Shown: in pieces, positions 1 to 10,633 of the stretch
Layout of the letters: each line of letters opens with the position of its first letter
Position numbering within the stretch: position 1 is the first letter of the stretch
Origin: Nitrospirota bacterium
GTDB taxonomy: Bacteria; Nitrospirota; Thermodesulfovibrionia; Thermodesulfovibrionales; JdFR-86
Reading direction: 5' to 3'
Assembly: GCA_963721805.1 (NCBI GenBank)
Contig: CAVRJY010000001.1
Span: 704,001 to 768,000 of the forward strand
Length of the DNA stretch: 64,000 bases
Made by a program: the position numbers and the translations under genes
Notes under the pieces: generated by a model
What the model saw: only the letters and a program-made list of their open reading frames with translations
The model's database searches: none
What the model was told of the DNA's origin: nothing

Positions 1-1053
1 TGCGTAGTCGCGCGTTATTATCGACTCGGTGTGTGCGGAGCCGAACTCCGCGATATGCTCCATGGCCTCGTCGATGCCGCTGACGACGCGGATGTTCAGG
101 ACATAGTCGTTGTATTCGGTATGGAAGTCCTTGTCCGTCGCGGCCTCGAGCTCGGGGAGTATCTCGCGCGTGCGGGGGTCGCCCTTCATCTTCACGTTCT
201 TCTCGGCCATCGCGTTGGCTATGGCAGGTAAGAACGTCTTTGCTATCGGCTCGTCGACGAGCAGGGTCTCCATCGCGTTACATGTCGCGGGGCGCTGGGC
301 TTTTGCGTTGAGGCATACCTTTATCGCCATCTCGGTGTCAGCGTCGCGGTCGACGAATATGTGGCAGACGCCCTTGTAGTGCTTGAGCACGGGGACGCGG
401 GCGTGCTCGGTGACGGCGCGGATGAGGCCCTCGCCGCCGCGCGGGATCACGAGGTCCACGATGCCCTCGAGCTTGACCATCTCGGTGATCGCGTCGCGAT
501 CAGGCGTGTCGATGAACGTTACGGCGCCCTCGTGCAGACCGGCCTCTGCTATCGAGGCGCGCAGGATGTCCACAATCGCGCGGTTTGAGTTGATCGCCTC
601 AGAGCCGCCGCGCAGGAGCACGGAGTTTCCGGCCTTCAGGCACAGCGCGGTCGCGTCCGCGGTGACGTTGGGCCGGGATTCGTAGATTATCCCTATCACG
701 CCTATCGGCACGCGCATGCGGCCTACGGACATGCCGTTTGGCCGCTTCCACATCCCCGTGACCGAGCCCACGGGGTCCGGCAGGCGGACGATCTGCTCGA
801 TGCCCTCGGCCATGTCGCCGATGCGCGCGTCGTTTAGGGCGAGGCGGTCGATCATCGCGGCCGAGAGGCCCTTGGCGCGCGCGAACTCGATGTCCTTGGC
901 GTTTTCGGCCATCAGGATCTGGGCGTTGGCGCGCAGGCCGCGCGCCATGAGCTGAAGCGCGACGTTCTTCTGGTTCTCGGACGCGCGGCCCAGGGCGCGC
1001 GCGCCCTTCTTGGCCTCAAGCGCCCTCTCGTGAACGAATGCCTTTATGTTCAT
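1..1053 (-). CDS. proA: Gamma-glutamyl phosphate reductase (3' end runs off the window)
   Basis: Manual translation from ATG 1053 (RBS GGAGG upstream): MNIKAFVHERALEAKKGARAL...MRVPIGVIGIIYESRPNVTAD, a typical ProA motif. Not in the ORF track because it is truncated. Confidence 0.95.
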   Translation of the reverse strand, partial: MNIKAFVHERALEAKKGARALGRASENQKNVALQLMARGLRANAQILMAENAKDIEFARAKGLSAAMIDRLALNDARIGDMAEGIEQIVRLPDPVGSVTGMWKRPNGMSVGRMRVPIGVIGIIYESRPNVTADATALCLKAGNSVLLRGGSEAINSNRAIVDILRASIAEAGLHEGAVTFIDTPDRDAITEMVKLEGIVDLVIPRGGEGLIRAVTEHARVPVLKHYKGVCHIFVDRDADTEMAIKVCLNAKAQRPATCNAMETLLVDEPIAKTFLPAIANAMAEKNVKMKGDPRTREILPELEAATDKDFHTEYNDYVLNIRVVSGIDEAMEHIAEFGSAHTESIITRDYA

Positions 1054-1120
1054 GGAATGCCTCCTTCAAATTCGCTATATAAGCGTAATTCAAGCCCCCC
1101 CAGATTATCAAGGAGAATAA

Positions 1121-2824
1121 TCAAGGGCGGCTGACGCGGCGGACGCTGTTGATCGACCTCCAGGTGGCTGCGCCCGAGATCGCGGCTATCGCGGCCCAGA
1201 TGGCCCCCGAGAGGTAATATCCCAGGAGCAGCTTGCCTATGCCAAGCGTGATCGCGACGAGAAAAAGGCTCCCGCTGATCCATTCATAGAGCGCTCCCCT
1301 GAAGCTCTCGGCCTGCGGCAGGTCAACCATACCGTGACGCACCGTGGCCCATCCGCGACCGGCAGGGCGGATATGCCGCACGAACGACTCGAGCTTCGCA
1401 CGCTCGACCGGCTTGGTCAGCAGCGTCACGGCGACCCAGACGGACGTCGAGACGCCGATGATGAACGAGAGCTTGCCGTAGTACGCAAGCTCGGTGAACT
1501 TGTAGGCATAGATAGTAGCGAATGTCGAGGCGAGCATCGCCGAGATCTCGCTCCAGGCGTTAACGCGCCACCAAAACCAGCGGACGATGTACACAAGCCC
1601 GGTGCCGGAGCCGAACGCGATCAGGAACTTGAATACCCCGACTATCGACTCGACCTGCGAGGTGACGTATGCGGTGATCGCCGCGAGCACGAGCGTCGAG
1701 ATGCGCGAGACCGTGATGTAGTGTCTGTCTGTCATCCCCGGCTTGATGAACGGGCGGTAGAAGTCGTTTACGAAGTACGCGGACGAGAGGTTCAGATACG
1801 TCGCCAGGGAGGACATGAACGCGGCGAAGAACGACGCGACCATCAGGCCCTTCAGGCCGGTTGGCATCAGGTCCACGACCATGCGCGGGTAGATCGCCTC
1901 GTTGTCGGCGCAGGTGGAATAGAGTACCATCGAGGCCAGGGCCGCGAGCACCCAGGGCCAGGTGCGCAACGCGTAGTTCGTGATGTTGAAGTACAGCGTC
2001 GCGATCAGGCCGTCGCGCTCCGAGCGGCAGGACGTTATGCGCTGCACGACCACGCCCCCGCCGTCGGAGGAGTACTTGCTCCACCAGCTCAGGCCGATGT
2101 ACCCCAGAAACGTCATAAACGCGGTGCCCAGGAACTCACCCGGCGGGAAGAAGCTGAGCACGTCGGGCGGGAGCTGGGCCTTTATCGCCCCGACGCCCCC
2201 GGCGCGGTGGACCGAGACTACCGCGAGCACTATCGCTCCGGTCATCGCTATCGTAAACTGCATGAAGTCCGTGAGCACGACGCCCCAGAACCCCGAGAGC
2301 GTGGAGTAGCAAAGCGTCACGCCGCTTGAGACGAGTATGCTCGGCCACTTGCCCCAGCCGAGCGTGACGTCCATGATCTTGGCCATCGCCAGTATGATCT
2401 GGGCCTTGATGATCGTGTGGATGACGCACGAGAAGTAGACGGCCTTGAACCCGCGCAGCACCGAGGCCGAGCGGCCGGAATACCGGATGTCTATGAGCTC
2501 TACGTCCGTGAGCACCCCGGCGCGGCTCCACAGCCGCGCGAAGAACGAGACGGCCAGCATGCCCGAAAGTATGAAGCACCACCACTGCCAGTTTTCGTAT
2601 ATGCCATGGCTCCGCACGAGGCCTGTGACGTAAAGCGGCGTGTCGGCCGAGAAGGAGGTCGCGACCATCGAGGTCCCGGCAAGCCACCACGGGATGTTAC
2701 GGCCCGAGACGAAAAACTCGCTCAGGCTCGACGAGGCGCGCTTCGTGAAGTACACGCCCACGAGCAGGCTCGCGAGCATATAGACCGCGATTATCGACCA
2801 GTCAAGCGAAGACATCAAAGACAC
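1121..2824 (-). CDS. Sodium:solute symporter family protein
   Basis: 567 aa, many TM helices, SSS motifs EFFVSGRNIPWWLAGTSMVATSFSADTP and AAFMSS. Lies directly upstream of proA. Confidence 0.9.
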   Translation of the reverse strand: MSLMSSLDWSIIAVYMLASLLVGVYFTKRASSSLSEFFVSGRNIPWWLAGTSMVATSFSADTPLYVTGLVRSHGIYENWQWWCFILSGMLAVSFFARLWSRAGVLTDVELIDIRYSGRSASVLRGFKAVYFSCVIHTIIKAQIILAMAKIMDVTLGWGKWPSILVSSGVTLCYSTLSGFWGVVLTDFMQFTIAMTGAIVLAVVSVHRAGGVGAIKAQLPPDVLSFFPPGEFLGTAFMTFLGYIGLSWWSKYSSDGGGVVVQRITSCRSERDGLIATLYFNITNYALRTWPWVLAALASMVLYSTCADNEAIYPRMVVDLMPTGLKGLMVASFFAAFMSSLATYLNLSSAYFVNDFYRPFIKPGMTDRHYITVSRISTLVLAAITAYVTSQVESIVGVFKFLIAFGSGTGLVYIVRWFWWRVNAWSEISAMLASTFATIYAYKFTELAYYGKLSFIIGVSTSVWVAVTLLTKPVERAKLESFVRHIRPAGRGWATVRHGMVDLPQAESFRGALYEWISGSLFLVAITLGIGKLLLGYYLSGAIWAAIAAISGAATWRSINSVRRVSRP

Positions 2825-2857
2825 CCGCAGCGGAATTCATGGTAAATTATAAAGACT

Positions 2858-3217
2858 ATGCGGAGAAAAATCCTTGTGGTCGACGACGAGCCCCTGATCC
2901 TAAAGACGATCGAGCGCGCCCTCGAGAGGGTCGGCTACGAGATCGTGACCACCGGGGACATGGAGAGTTTCATGCAGGCCTTGGGCTCGATGAGCCGCCC
3001 GCCGGACCTCCTGATACTGGATATGAATTTGGGGAAGCTCAACACCGAGCAGATGCTCGACCGCATACGCGAACTCGCCCCCGAGGCCCGGATGCTGTTT
3101 ATCAGCGGCTCGTTCCCCGAGATCTACAACGACCGGGACTTCCTCGAGAAACCTTTCAGGATCGACGAGCTGAGAGAGAAGATACGGATAATGTTAGATG
3201 AACCTCAACGCGCTTGA
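2858..3217 (+). CDS. Single-domain response regulator
   Basis: ILVVDDEP...LLILDMNL...FISG...LEKPF receiver motifs. Confidence 0.85.
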   Translation: MRRKILVVDDEPLILKTIERALERVGYEIVTTGDMESFMQALGSMSRPPDLLILDMNLGKLNTEQMLDRIRELAPEARMLFISGSFPEIYNDRDFLEKPFRIDELREKIRIMLDEPQRA

Positions 3218-3761
3218 CGCCTCGGCCTTTGTCTTAATCAACCAGACGCTCAGCGTCCCGGCCCTCGACCCCGTGATGGTCTTCATCACGAACTACAACG
3301 TCCTGCTCTTCCTCGGGGTCTATCTGATGATCTACCGCGCAGAGCGCCTGCCGAGCCTCGTGCCTTTCGGGGTCGCGCTCGTCTCGTTCGGGCTCGGGGA
3401 CTGGACCGCACATCTGATCAAGGACCAGATCCAGCGCGTCCGGCCTGAAAACGTGCTCCAAGGCGTCCGCCTGCTCGTGCACCGCACCCATAGCTTTTCG
3501 ATGCCCTCAAACCATGCGGCCAACAGCTTCGCGTTCGTTGCCCCGTTTTACGTGTTTTCCCGGAGCCGCTGGCGTCACGGTCTCCTGGCGGTGGCCGTAG
3601 CGGTGGCGTACTCAAGGCCGTACGTCGGCGTCCATTACCCCGGAGACGTGCTTGCAGGCGCGGTTTACGGCACTGTGCTTGGCGGCTCTGTGGCAATTAT
3701 AACGAGACGCGTCCTCAGGGGAAGGCTGCCCGTGGCAGCGCGTCCTGTTGACTTGAAATAA
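3198..3761 (+). CDS. PAP2-family phosphatase
   Basis: K-x6-RP, SMPSNHA and SRPYVGVHYPGDV motifs. Confidence 0.9.
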   Translation: MNLNALDASAFVLINQTLSVPALDPVMVFITNYNVLLFLGVYLMIYRAERLPSLVPFGVALVSFGLGDWTAHLIKDQIQRVRPENVLQGVRLLVHRTHSFSMPSNHAANSFAFVAPFYVFSRSRWRHGLLAVAVAVAYSRPYVGVHYPGDVLAGAVYGTVLGGSVAIITRRVLRGRLPVAARPVDLK

Positions 3762-3810
3762 TCCCGTTCTATACAATTCGTATACGAAATCCATTTTTGG
3801 AGACTGCCAT

Positions 3811-4257
3811 ATGAAAATCGCTATCGGATCTGACCATGCGGGATTTGAGCTCAAGGAGCTGATCAGCGCCTATCTGAAGCGCTCGGGCGCAGAGGTGCTG
3901 GACTTCGGCGCTGCCGGGCCCCAGTCGGTGGACTACCCGGACTTCGGCGAGCGCGTCGCGCGCGCGGTGGCCACCGCAGAGGCCGACCGCGGGGTGCTGA
4001 TCTGCGGCACCGGGATCGGGATGTCGATCGTAGCCAACCGCGTGCCCGGAGTGCGCGCCGCGCTGTGCAGCGAGCCGCTCTCGGCCCGCCTGAGCCGCCT
4101 CCACAACGACGCTAACATACTCGTGCTCGGCGGGCGGATGATCGGCCCCGTCATGGCCGAGGAGATCACGAAGGTCTGGTTCGAGACCCCGTTTGAGGGC
4201 GGACGCCATTTAATGCGATTAGAGAAGCTCCGCGGTATAGAAGAAAGGAACCGTTAA
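3811..4257 (+). CDS. rpiB: Ribose-5-phosphate isomerase B
   Basis: [28 protein letters not shown] motifs. Confidence 0.97.
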   Translation: MKIAIGSDHAGFELKELISAYLKRSGAEVLDFGAAGPQSVDYPDFGERVARAVATAEADRGVLICGTGIGMSIVANRVPGVRAALCSEPLSARLSRLHNDANILVLGGRMIGPVMAEEITKVWFETPFEGGRHLMRLEKLRGIEERNR

Positions 4258-4264
4258 TCCCACC

Positions 4265-5503
4265 ATGTTGATGGACAGCCTCAACCAAAGCGACCCGCAG
4301 GTCTACGACGCGATACAAAACGAAACCCGCCGCGAGCAGGACGAGGTCCTGCTGATCGCCTCGGAAAACTACGCAAGCCGCGCCGTATTGGAGGCGCAGG
4401 GCTCGGTCTTCACCAACAAGTACGCCGAGGGCTACCCGCTTAAGCGCTACTACGGCGGCTGCGAGTACTCCGACGTCATCGAGGGCCTCGCGATAGAGCG
4501 CGCGAAGGAGATGTTCAACGCCGAACACGTTAACGTGCAGCCCCACTCCGGGAGCCAGGCCAACATGGCCGTCTACCTCTCGGTGCTTAAGCCCGGCGAT
4601 ACGATACTCGGCATGAGCCTGAGCCACGGCGGGCACCTGACGCACGGCGCGAAGGTGAACTTCTCGGGCTCGATCTTCAAGAGCGCGTCATACGGCGTAA
4701 ACCGCGAGGGCTTCATCGACTACGACGAGGTCCGCCGCATGGCGGCCGAGCACGCCCCCGCGATGATCGTGGTCGGGGCGAGCGCATACTCGCGGATACT
4801 GGATTTCAAGGCCTTCGGCGAGATCGCGGAGGAGGCCGGGGCATACCTTATGGCCGACATCGCGCACATCGCCGGGCTTGTGGCGGCCGGGCTGCACCCC
4901 TCGCCGTTTCCGCACGCTGATTTCGTTACCTCCACCACGCACAAGACCCTGCGCGGCCCGCGCGGAGGGCTTATCATGTGCAAGGAAAAGTACGCCCGCG
5001 GCATCGACAAGGCCATATTCCCCGGCATACAGGGCGGCCCGCTCATGCACGTCATAGCGGCCAAGGCCGTAGCGTTCAAAGAGGCGCTGACCCCCGAGTT
5101 CAAGGAGTACCAGGCGCAGGTCGTCCGAAACGCGGCGCGGCTGGCCTCGGAGCTGAAGGCCAAGGACTACCAGATCATCTCCGGCGGGACGGACAACCAC
5201 CTGATGCTCATCGATTTGAGCAACAAAAACACCACCGGCAAGGAGGCCGAGCAGGCGCTGGGCCAGGCCGGGGTCACGCTGAACAAAAACGCCGTCCCAT
5301 ACGACACCCGCCCCCCGGCCGTCACCAGCGGCATACGCATCGGCACTCCGTGCGTCACGACGCGCGGGATGGGCGAGGCCGAGATGGTCGAGATAGCCAG
5401 TATCATCGACCTGGCGCTCGGGCTGCGCGGCAACGATTCCGCGCTCTGCGACCTGCGCACGCGCACCCGGGACCTCTGCGAGAAGTTCCCGATATACCAG
5501 TGA
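4265..5503 (+). CDS. glyA: Serine hydroxymethyltransferase
   Basis: [27 protein letters not shown]. Confidence 0.98.
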   Translation: MLMDSLNQSDPQVYDAIQNETRREQDEVLLIASENYASRAVLEAQGSVFTNKYAEGYPLKRYYGGCEYSDVIEGLAIERAKEMFNAEHVNVQPHSGSQANMAVYLSVLKPGDTILGMSLSHGGHLTHGAKVNFSGSIFKSASYGVNREGFIDYDEVRRMAAEHAPAMIVVGASAYSRILDFKAFGEIAEEAGAYLMADIAHIAGLVAAGLHPSPFPHADFVTSTTHKTLRGPRGGLIMCKEKYARGIDKAIFPGIQGGPLMHVIAAKAVAFKEALTPEFKEYQAQVVRNAARLASELKAKDYQIISGGTDNHLMLIDLSNKNTTGKEAEQALGQAGVTLNKNAVPYDTRPPAVTSGIRIGTPCVTTRGMGEAEMVEIASIIDLALGLRGNDSALCDLRTRTRDLCEKFPIYQ

Positions 5504-5528
5504 ACCTGTCTCGAGATAGGTCCTGGCA

Positions 5529-5990
5529 GTGAGATGTCCCTTCTGCAAGCACACTGAGGACAGGGTCATCGACTCGCGCGCGAGCAAGGACGGCGACGTC
5601 ATCCGCCGCCGCCGCGAGTGCCTCAAGTGCGAGCGCCGCTTCACCTCATACGAGCGCGTCGAGGACGTCCTGCCGATGGTCGTGAAAAAAGACAGCCGGC
5701 GCGAGCCGTTCGACCGCCAGAAGATCCTCCACGGACTGGAGAAGGCCTGCGAGAAGCGGCCTATCGGCATGGAGGACAGGGAGAAGGTCGTCGACTCGAT
5801 AGAGCGCAAGCTGCTGTCGATGGGCCTGAAGGAGATCCCCTGCACCGCGATAGGCGAAGAGGTGATGAACTGCCTGCGGGACCTCGACAAGGTCGCCTAC
5901 GTGCGGTTCGCATCGGTATACCGCGAGTTTAAGGACATCAACGAGTTCGTCGACGAGCTCAAGGGCCTCCTCAAGACCAGCCAGAAGTAA
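5529..5990 (+). CDS. nrdR: Transcriptional repressor NrdR
   Basis: MRCPFC...DSR...RRRREC..C..RFTSYE zinc ribbon plus ATP cone, AYVRFASVY. Confidence 0.97.
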   Translation: MRCPFCKHTEDRVIDSRASKDGDVIRRRRECLKCERRFTSYERVEDVLPMVVKKDSRREPFDRQKILHGLEKACEKRPIGMEDREKVVDSIERKLLSMGLKEIPCTAIGEEVMNCLRDLDKVAYVRFASVYREFKDINEFVDELKGLLKTSQK

Positions 5991-6084
5991 GCCCCCCTCC
6001 GCTTTAATTTATTGGCATCTTGGAGTAAAATATCGGCTTATGGCAGCATCGGCTTTTAAATCGAATTAAGCGCGAGGGTCAGGC

Positions 6085-7314
6085 ATGAAATACGTTGTGA
6101 TCGTGGGCGACGGGATGGCCGACAGGCCTATGGCGGAGCTGGGCGGAAAGACGCCGCTTCAGGCCGCATTCACGCCCAACATGGACAAGCTCGCAAAGGA
6201 GAGCACGCTGGGCATGGTCCGCACGGTGCCCGAAGGCATGCACCCGGGCTCCGACGTCGCCAACCTTAGCATCATGGGCTACGACCCGCGCCTGTATTAC
6301 TCCGGCCGCGCTCCGCTGGAGGCCGCGAGCATCGGCATCGACGTGGGCAGAGACGACGTGGCATACCGCTGCAACCTCGTCACGCTGCGGTACGACAAGG
6401 TCCAGACGCGCGCGTTCATGGAAGACTACAGCGCCGGGCATATCTCGACGCCCGAGGCGGCCGACCTGATCCACGCGGTCGATAAGGCCCTCGGCTCCGA
6501 CGCGCTTAAGTTCTACCCGGGCGTGAGCTACCGCCACCTGATGATCTGGCGCGGCGGAGAGGCCGCCGCCGAGTGCACGCCCCCCCATGACATCACGGGC
6601 AAGGAGATCACGGACTACCTGCCGGCCGGGCCGGGCGGTGAGTTTCTGACCACGCTCATGCGCCGCTCGGTCGACGTGCTCTCGCAGCATCCCGTCAACC
6701 ACAAGCGGCAGGCCGAGGGCAAGGGCATCGCAAACAGCATATGGCTCTGGGGACAGGGCAGGAAGCCGGACATGCCGAAGTTCAAGGATAAGTACGGGAT
6801 CGAGGGCGCGATAGTCTCGGCCGTGGACCTCACGAAGGGGCTCGGGATATACGCCGGGCTCGAGGTCTTAAACGTCCCGGACGTCACCGGGTATATCGAC
6901 ACGAACTACGTCGGCAAGGCCGAGTACTCTCTGGAGGCTTTGGAGAAGGTGGACTTCGTGTACATCCACGTCGAGGCCCCGGACGAGGCCGGGCACATGG
7001 GCAGGCTCAAGGACAAGATCAAGGCGATAGAGGACTTCGACGCCCTCGTGCTCGGCACGGTGCTGCGCGGGATGCGCGCCTTCGACGACTACCGCATACT
7101 CGTGCTGCCGGACCACCCCACACCCATAGAGGTCCGCACGCACACGCCCGAGCCGGTGCCGTTCATCCTCTTTGACAGCGCGCTTAAGCTCCACAATGCG
7201 ACCGCCGTATATGACGAGAACATCGCTGGCCTTGCGGGCAGCGTTAAGATAGAACACGGGCATGAACTCATGGACCTGCTCATCACAGGGACCATGAAGG
7301 GAGGGGACCGATAA
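6085..7314 (+). CDS. apgM: Cofactor-independent phosphoglycerate mutase (archaeal/ApgM type)
   Basis: [31 protein letters not shown] motifs; adjacent to aspartokinase. Confidence 0.88.
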   Translation: MKYVVIVGDGMADRPMAELGGKTPLQAAFTPNMDKLAKESTLGMVRTVPEGMHPGSDVANLSIMGYDPRLYYSGRAPLEAASIGIDVGRDDVAYRCNLVTLRYDKVQTRAFMEDYSAGHISTPEAADLIHAVDKALGSDALKFYPGVSYRHLMIWRGGEAAAECTPPHDITGKEITDYLPAGPGGEFLTTLMRRSVDVLSQHPVNHKRQAEGKGIANSIWLWGQGRKPDMPKFKDKYGIEGAIVSAVDLTKGLGIYAGLEVLNVPDVTGYIDTNYVGKAEYSLEALEKVDFVYIHVEAPDEAGHMGRLKDKIKAIEDFDALVLGTVLRGMRAFDDYRILVLPDHPTPIEVRTHTPEPVPFILFDSALKLHNATAVYDENIAGLAGSVKIEHGHELMDLLITGTMKGGDR

Positions 7315-7315
7315 C

Positions 7316-8543
7316 GTGCTAGTGGTTCAGAAATACGGCGGCACCTCGGTGGGGAGCGTCGAGCGCATCAAGGCCGTGGCCGAGCGCGTCAAGAAATACG
7401 CCGATCAGGGCCACCAGGTCGTGGTCGTCGTATCGGCCATGTCAGGCGAGACCGACCGGATGATAAACATGGCCAGCCAGTTCACCCTGAACCCCGAGGG
7501 CAGGGAGATGGACATGCTGCTGTCTTCGGGGGAGCGCATAAGCGCCGCGCTCACCGCCATGGCGATCTCGGACACGGGGCTTAAGTCGATGTCCTTCACA
7601 GGCAGGCAGGCCGGGATCTTCACGGACAACGTGCACACCAAGGCCCGCATCGAGCGCATCACGGCCAATCGGATGATCGACGCGGTCAAGCGCGGGTACG
7701 TCTGCGTGCTTGCCGGGTTTCAGGGGATCACCGAGGAGTCGGACGTCACGACGCTCGGGCGCGGGGGCTCGGACCTGACGGCGGTCGCTGTAGCGGCCGC
7801 GATGAACGCGGATCGTGTGCGAGATATACACCGACGTCGACGGCGTCTACACCACCGACCCCAACGTGGTGCCGGACGCCCGGAAGATCGGCCGCATATC
7901 ATATGACGAGATGCTGGAGCTCGCGAGCCTCGGGGCCAAGGTCCTGCAAGCGCGCTCGGTGGAGTTCGCCAAGAAGCATAACGTGAACCTTGTCGTCCGC
8001 TCGAGCTTCAACTACAACGAGGGGACGTACGTCGTTCGGGAGGACGAGGAAATGGAACAGGTGGTAGTCTCGGGCATAGCGTATGACAAAAACCAGGCCA
8101 AGGTCACGCTCATCGGCGTGCCGGACAAGCCGGGCATCGCGGCAAAGCTTTTCACGGACATCGCAAACGCCTCGATAGTCGTCGACATGATCGTCCAGAA
8201 CATCAGCCCCGACGGCAGCACCGCGGACATCTCCTTCACCGTCCCGAAGACCGACGCCAAGAAGGCCATAGCCATAGGCGAGGGCTTCGCAAAGGAGTTC
8301 GGCGCACGGAAGGTCAGCATGCGCGAGGACATCTCGAAGGTCTCGATAGTCGGCGTCGGCATGAAGTCGCACTCCGGCGTCGCGGCCAAGATGTTCGAGA
8401 CGCTCGCGGCCAACAACATCAACATACTGATGATCGGGACCTCGGAGATCAAGGTCTCGTGCGTAATCGACCTCAAATACACCGAGCTTGCGGTGCGCGT
8501 GCTGCACGACGTATTCGGCCTGGGGGCGGGGCCGGGGGCATAG
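7316..8543 (+). CDS. lysC: Aspartate kinase, split by an apparent one-base frameshift near 7815
   Basis: ORF 7316..7906 ([18 protein letters not shown]) continues in ORF 7815..8543 ([18 protein letters not shown] domains). Confidence 0.93.
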
Positions 8544-8582
8544 CCCCTTTTCCTTTAGAGGCCGCATGGGTGCGGCTCCGCG

Positions 8583-9770
8583 CTAGCTTTCCCTCTTGAT
8601 CTGCCCTGGCATCAGGCACAGCAGCGCGAACAGGGTCGCCGCTACGAGGGCCGTGGCCGTGCCGAGCCAGAACGTGGCCCTCGGCCCGGTGCTGTCCCAG
8701 AGCCACCCGGCCATGAGGCTCGCAGGCAGCAGCGCGAAGCCCGTGAACATGTTATAGAGGCCGAAGGCCGTGGCCTTCTGCCGCGCCGGGGCCAGCTGCG
8801 CGATGTATGCCTTGTGTATGCCCTCCGTAATCCCCATGAACACGCCATAGGCCATGAACAGCGCCCATACCTGCGCTGACGTGGACGCCAGGCCGAACCC
8901 GAAATAGACCGCAGCGAATAGCAGAAACCCCGCCAGTATCACGCGCTCGGCCCCGATGCGGTCAGCGAGCAGCCCGGCCGGCATCGCCGTGAGCGCATAG
9001 ACCATGTTGAAGCAGAAATAGACTATCGGGATTGCCGCGACCGGCACCCCCACGGCGCTCGCCTTGAGTATCAGGAAGGCGTCGCTGGAATTGCCGATCA
9101 TGAAGACCGTGGCCACGAACAGGAACGCCTTGTACCTGAAACCGAACGCCCCCAGGCTCAGGCGCGGGGGCTCCGCGTGCGCCGAGCCCGGTTTGTGTGG
9201 CGTCTCCCTGATGAAGAAAATAATCGTCAGCACCGCGAGCGCTCCGGGGATGATCGAGCACCAGAAGACCAGCCGGTAGTTGCTCGCTGAAGCGGCGAGT
9301 ATCGCACTTGCGATCAGGGGGCCGATGCCCGCCCCCACCGTGTCCATCATCCTGTGGAACCCGAACGCGCGGCCCATCTGCTGGTGATCCGTCGATTCGG
9401 CGATGAGGGCGTCGCGCGGCGCGCCCCGGATGCCCTTGCCCGTGCGGTCTAGAAACCGCGAGGCCAGCACCTGGTGCCACGCGCCCGCCAGTGCGAGTAT
9501 GGGGCGGCTCAGGGTAGAGATCGAGTACCCGGCTATCATCAGCGCCTTGCGCCTTGCCGTGCGGTCCGAGAGCCAGCCTGAATATGACTTCAATATCCCG
9601 GCCGTGGCCTCGGCGATGCCCTCGATAAGGCCGATTACGGATTTGCTGACGCCGAGGGCCGAGCTCAGGAAGATAGGCACGAGCGGGTAGATCATCTCGG
9701 AGCTCGCGTCCATCAGCAGGCTCACGAAACCCGATACTATGACATTGCGGCCCAGGCCGCGGGTGGCCAC
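8583..9770 (-). CDS. MFS transporter
   Basis: 395 aa with MFS-like TM pattern; GWLSDR, DRTGKGIRGAPRDALIA motifs. Confidence 0.9.
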   Translation of the reverse strand: MATRGLGRNVIVSGFVSLLMDASSEMIYPLVPIFLSSALGVSKSVIGLIEGIAEATAGILKSYSGWLSDRTARRKALMIAGYSISTLSRPILALAGAWHQVLASRFLDRTGKGIRGAPRDALIAESTDHQQMGRAFGFHRMMDTVGAGIGPLIASAILAASASNYRLVFWCSIIPGALAVLTIIFFIRETPHKPGSAHAEPPRLSLGAFGFRYKAFLFVATVFMIGNSSDAFLILKASAVGVPVAAIPIVYFCFNMVYALTAMPAGLLADRIGAERVILAGFLLFAAVYFGFGLASTSAQVWALFMAYGVFMGITEGIHKAYIAQLAPARQKATAFGLYNMFTGFALLPASLMAGWLWDSTGPRATFWLGTATALVAATLFALLCLMPGQIKRES

Positions 9771-9812
9771 GGGCTTAACGCCTCCTTCGAAGCGGTGCGT
9801 GAGGGCCCCGGC

Positions 9813-10151
9813 CTATTGCGGGCCGGCCCTGTATATCAGGACCTTCGCGCGCTCTATCGTGATGAGCCCCTCGCCCATCATGCGGTCTATCTCCGGCAGG
9901 AAGCCCTCGATCCTCTCGGACGAGTCGACGATCTCGACCACTATCGGGAGGTCCTCGGAGAGCCTGAGGAGCTTCGCGCTGTGCATCCGGCTCTTGGCCC
10001 CGTAGCCGAGTATGCCGCGCAGGACGGTCGCCCCGCCAAGGCCGCGCCGCCGGGCCTCCTCGACTATGGCCTCATAGAGCGGTTTGCCCTCGTACTTGTC
10101 CTGCTCGCCGATGAATACCCTTAAGAGCTCTGATTCCTCCGGAAGCTTCAT
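9813..10151 (-). CDS. DUF190 (PII-like) protein
   Basis: MKLPEESELLRVFIGEQD...GATVLRGILGYG...LSEDLPIVVEIVD; typically found downstream of crcB. Confidence 0.88.
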   Translation of the reverse strand: MKLPEESELLRVFIGEQDKYEGKPLYEAIVEEARRRGLGGATVLRGILGYGAKSRMHSAKLLRLSEDLPIVVEIVDSSERIEGFLPEIDRMMGEGLITIERAKVLIYRAGPQ

Positions 10152-10164
10152 GCGGCCCCCTTTC

Positions 10165-10542
10165 CTATAGCAGCCTGGCGATCCACGCGCCCGAGACGAT
10201 CGCCCCGAAGCCGAGCACGCAGTTTGAGGCGATATTTGCAAACGCCAGCATATACTGGCTGTCCTTTACGTAGTTCATCGTCTCGAAGGCGAAGGTCGAA
10301 AACGTCGTGAAGGCCCCCATGAAGCCCGCGAGCAGTACGGTGCGCGTGAGGGTCGAAAGCGCCATGCGCTCCTCCGAGAGCGACCAGACCACTCCGAACA
10401 GCAGGCAGCCGATGACGTTGACCGCGAGCGTCCCGTAGGCGAACCTCGAGCCCATGATATCGTACGTCAGCCCCGAGACCCAGTAGCGGCACAGGGTGCC
10501 GACCGTCCCGGCGACAGCGATCAGTATGAGCTTAGTCCACAT
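10165..10542 (-). CDS. crcB: Fluoride channel Fluc/CrcB
   Basis: GTLAVNVIGC and GFMGAFTTFSTF motifs, 125 aa. Confidence 0.95.
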   Translation of the reverse strand: MWTKLILIAVAGTVGTLCRYWVSGLTYDIMGSRFAYGTLAVNVIGCLLFGVVWSLSEERMALSTLTRTVLLAGFMGAFTTFSTFAFETMNYVKDSQYMLAFANIASNCVLGFGAIVSGAWIARLL

Positions 10543-10633
10543 GGATCACGCCCCCTAACCGGCCGGTCTCGAACCCGTCAATCTTCATTCCGTTATCTTA
10601 TGTATCCTTTCCCAACCATGTCAAGATCGCGCA

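Noticed and set aside
7800..7830. Programmed frameshift in lysC
   Set aside because: No slippery heptamer; it falls mid-catalytic-domain and mirrors four other single-base errors.
10558..10580. tRNA T-arm-like fragment (minus strand GGGTTCGAGACC) upstream of crcB
   Set aside because: Too short, with no cloverleaf or CCA.
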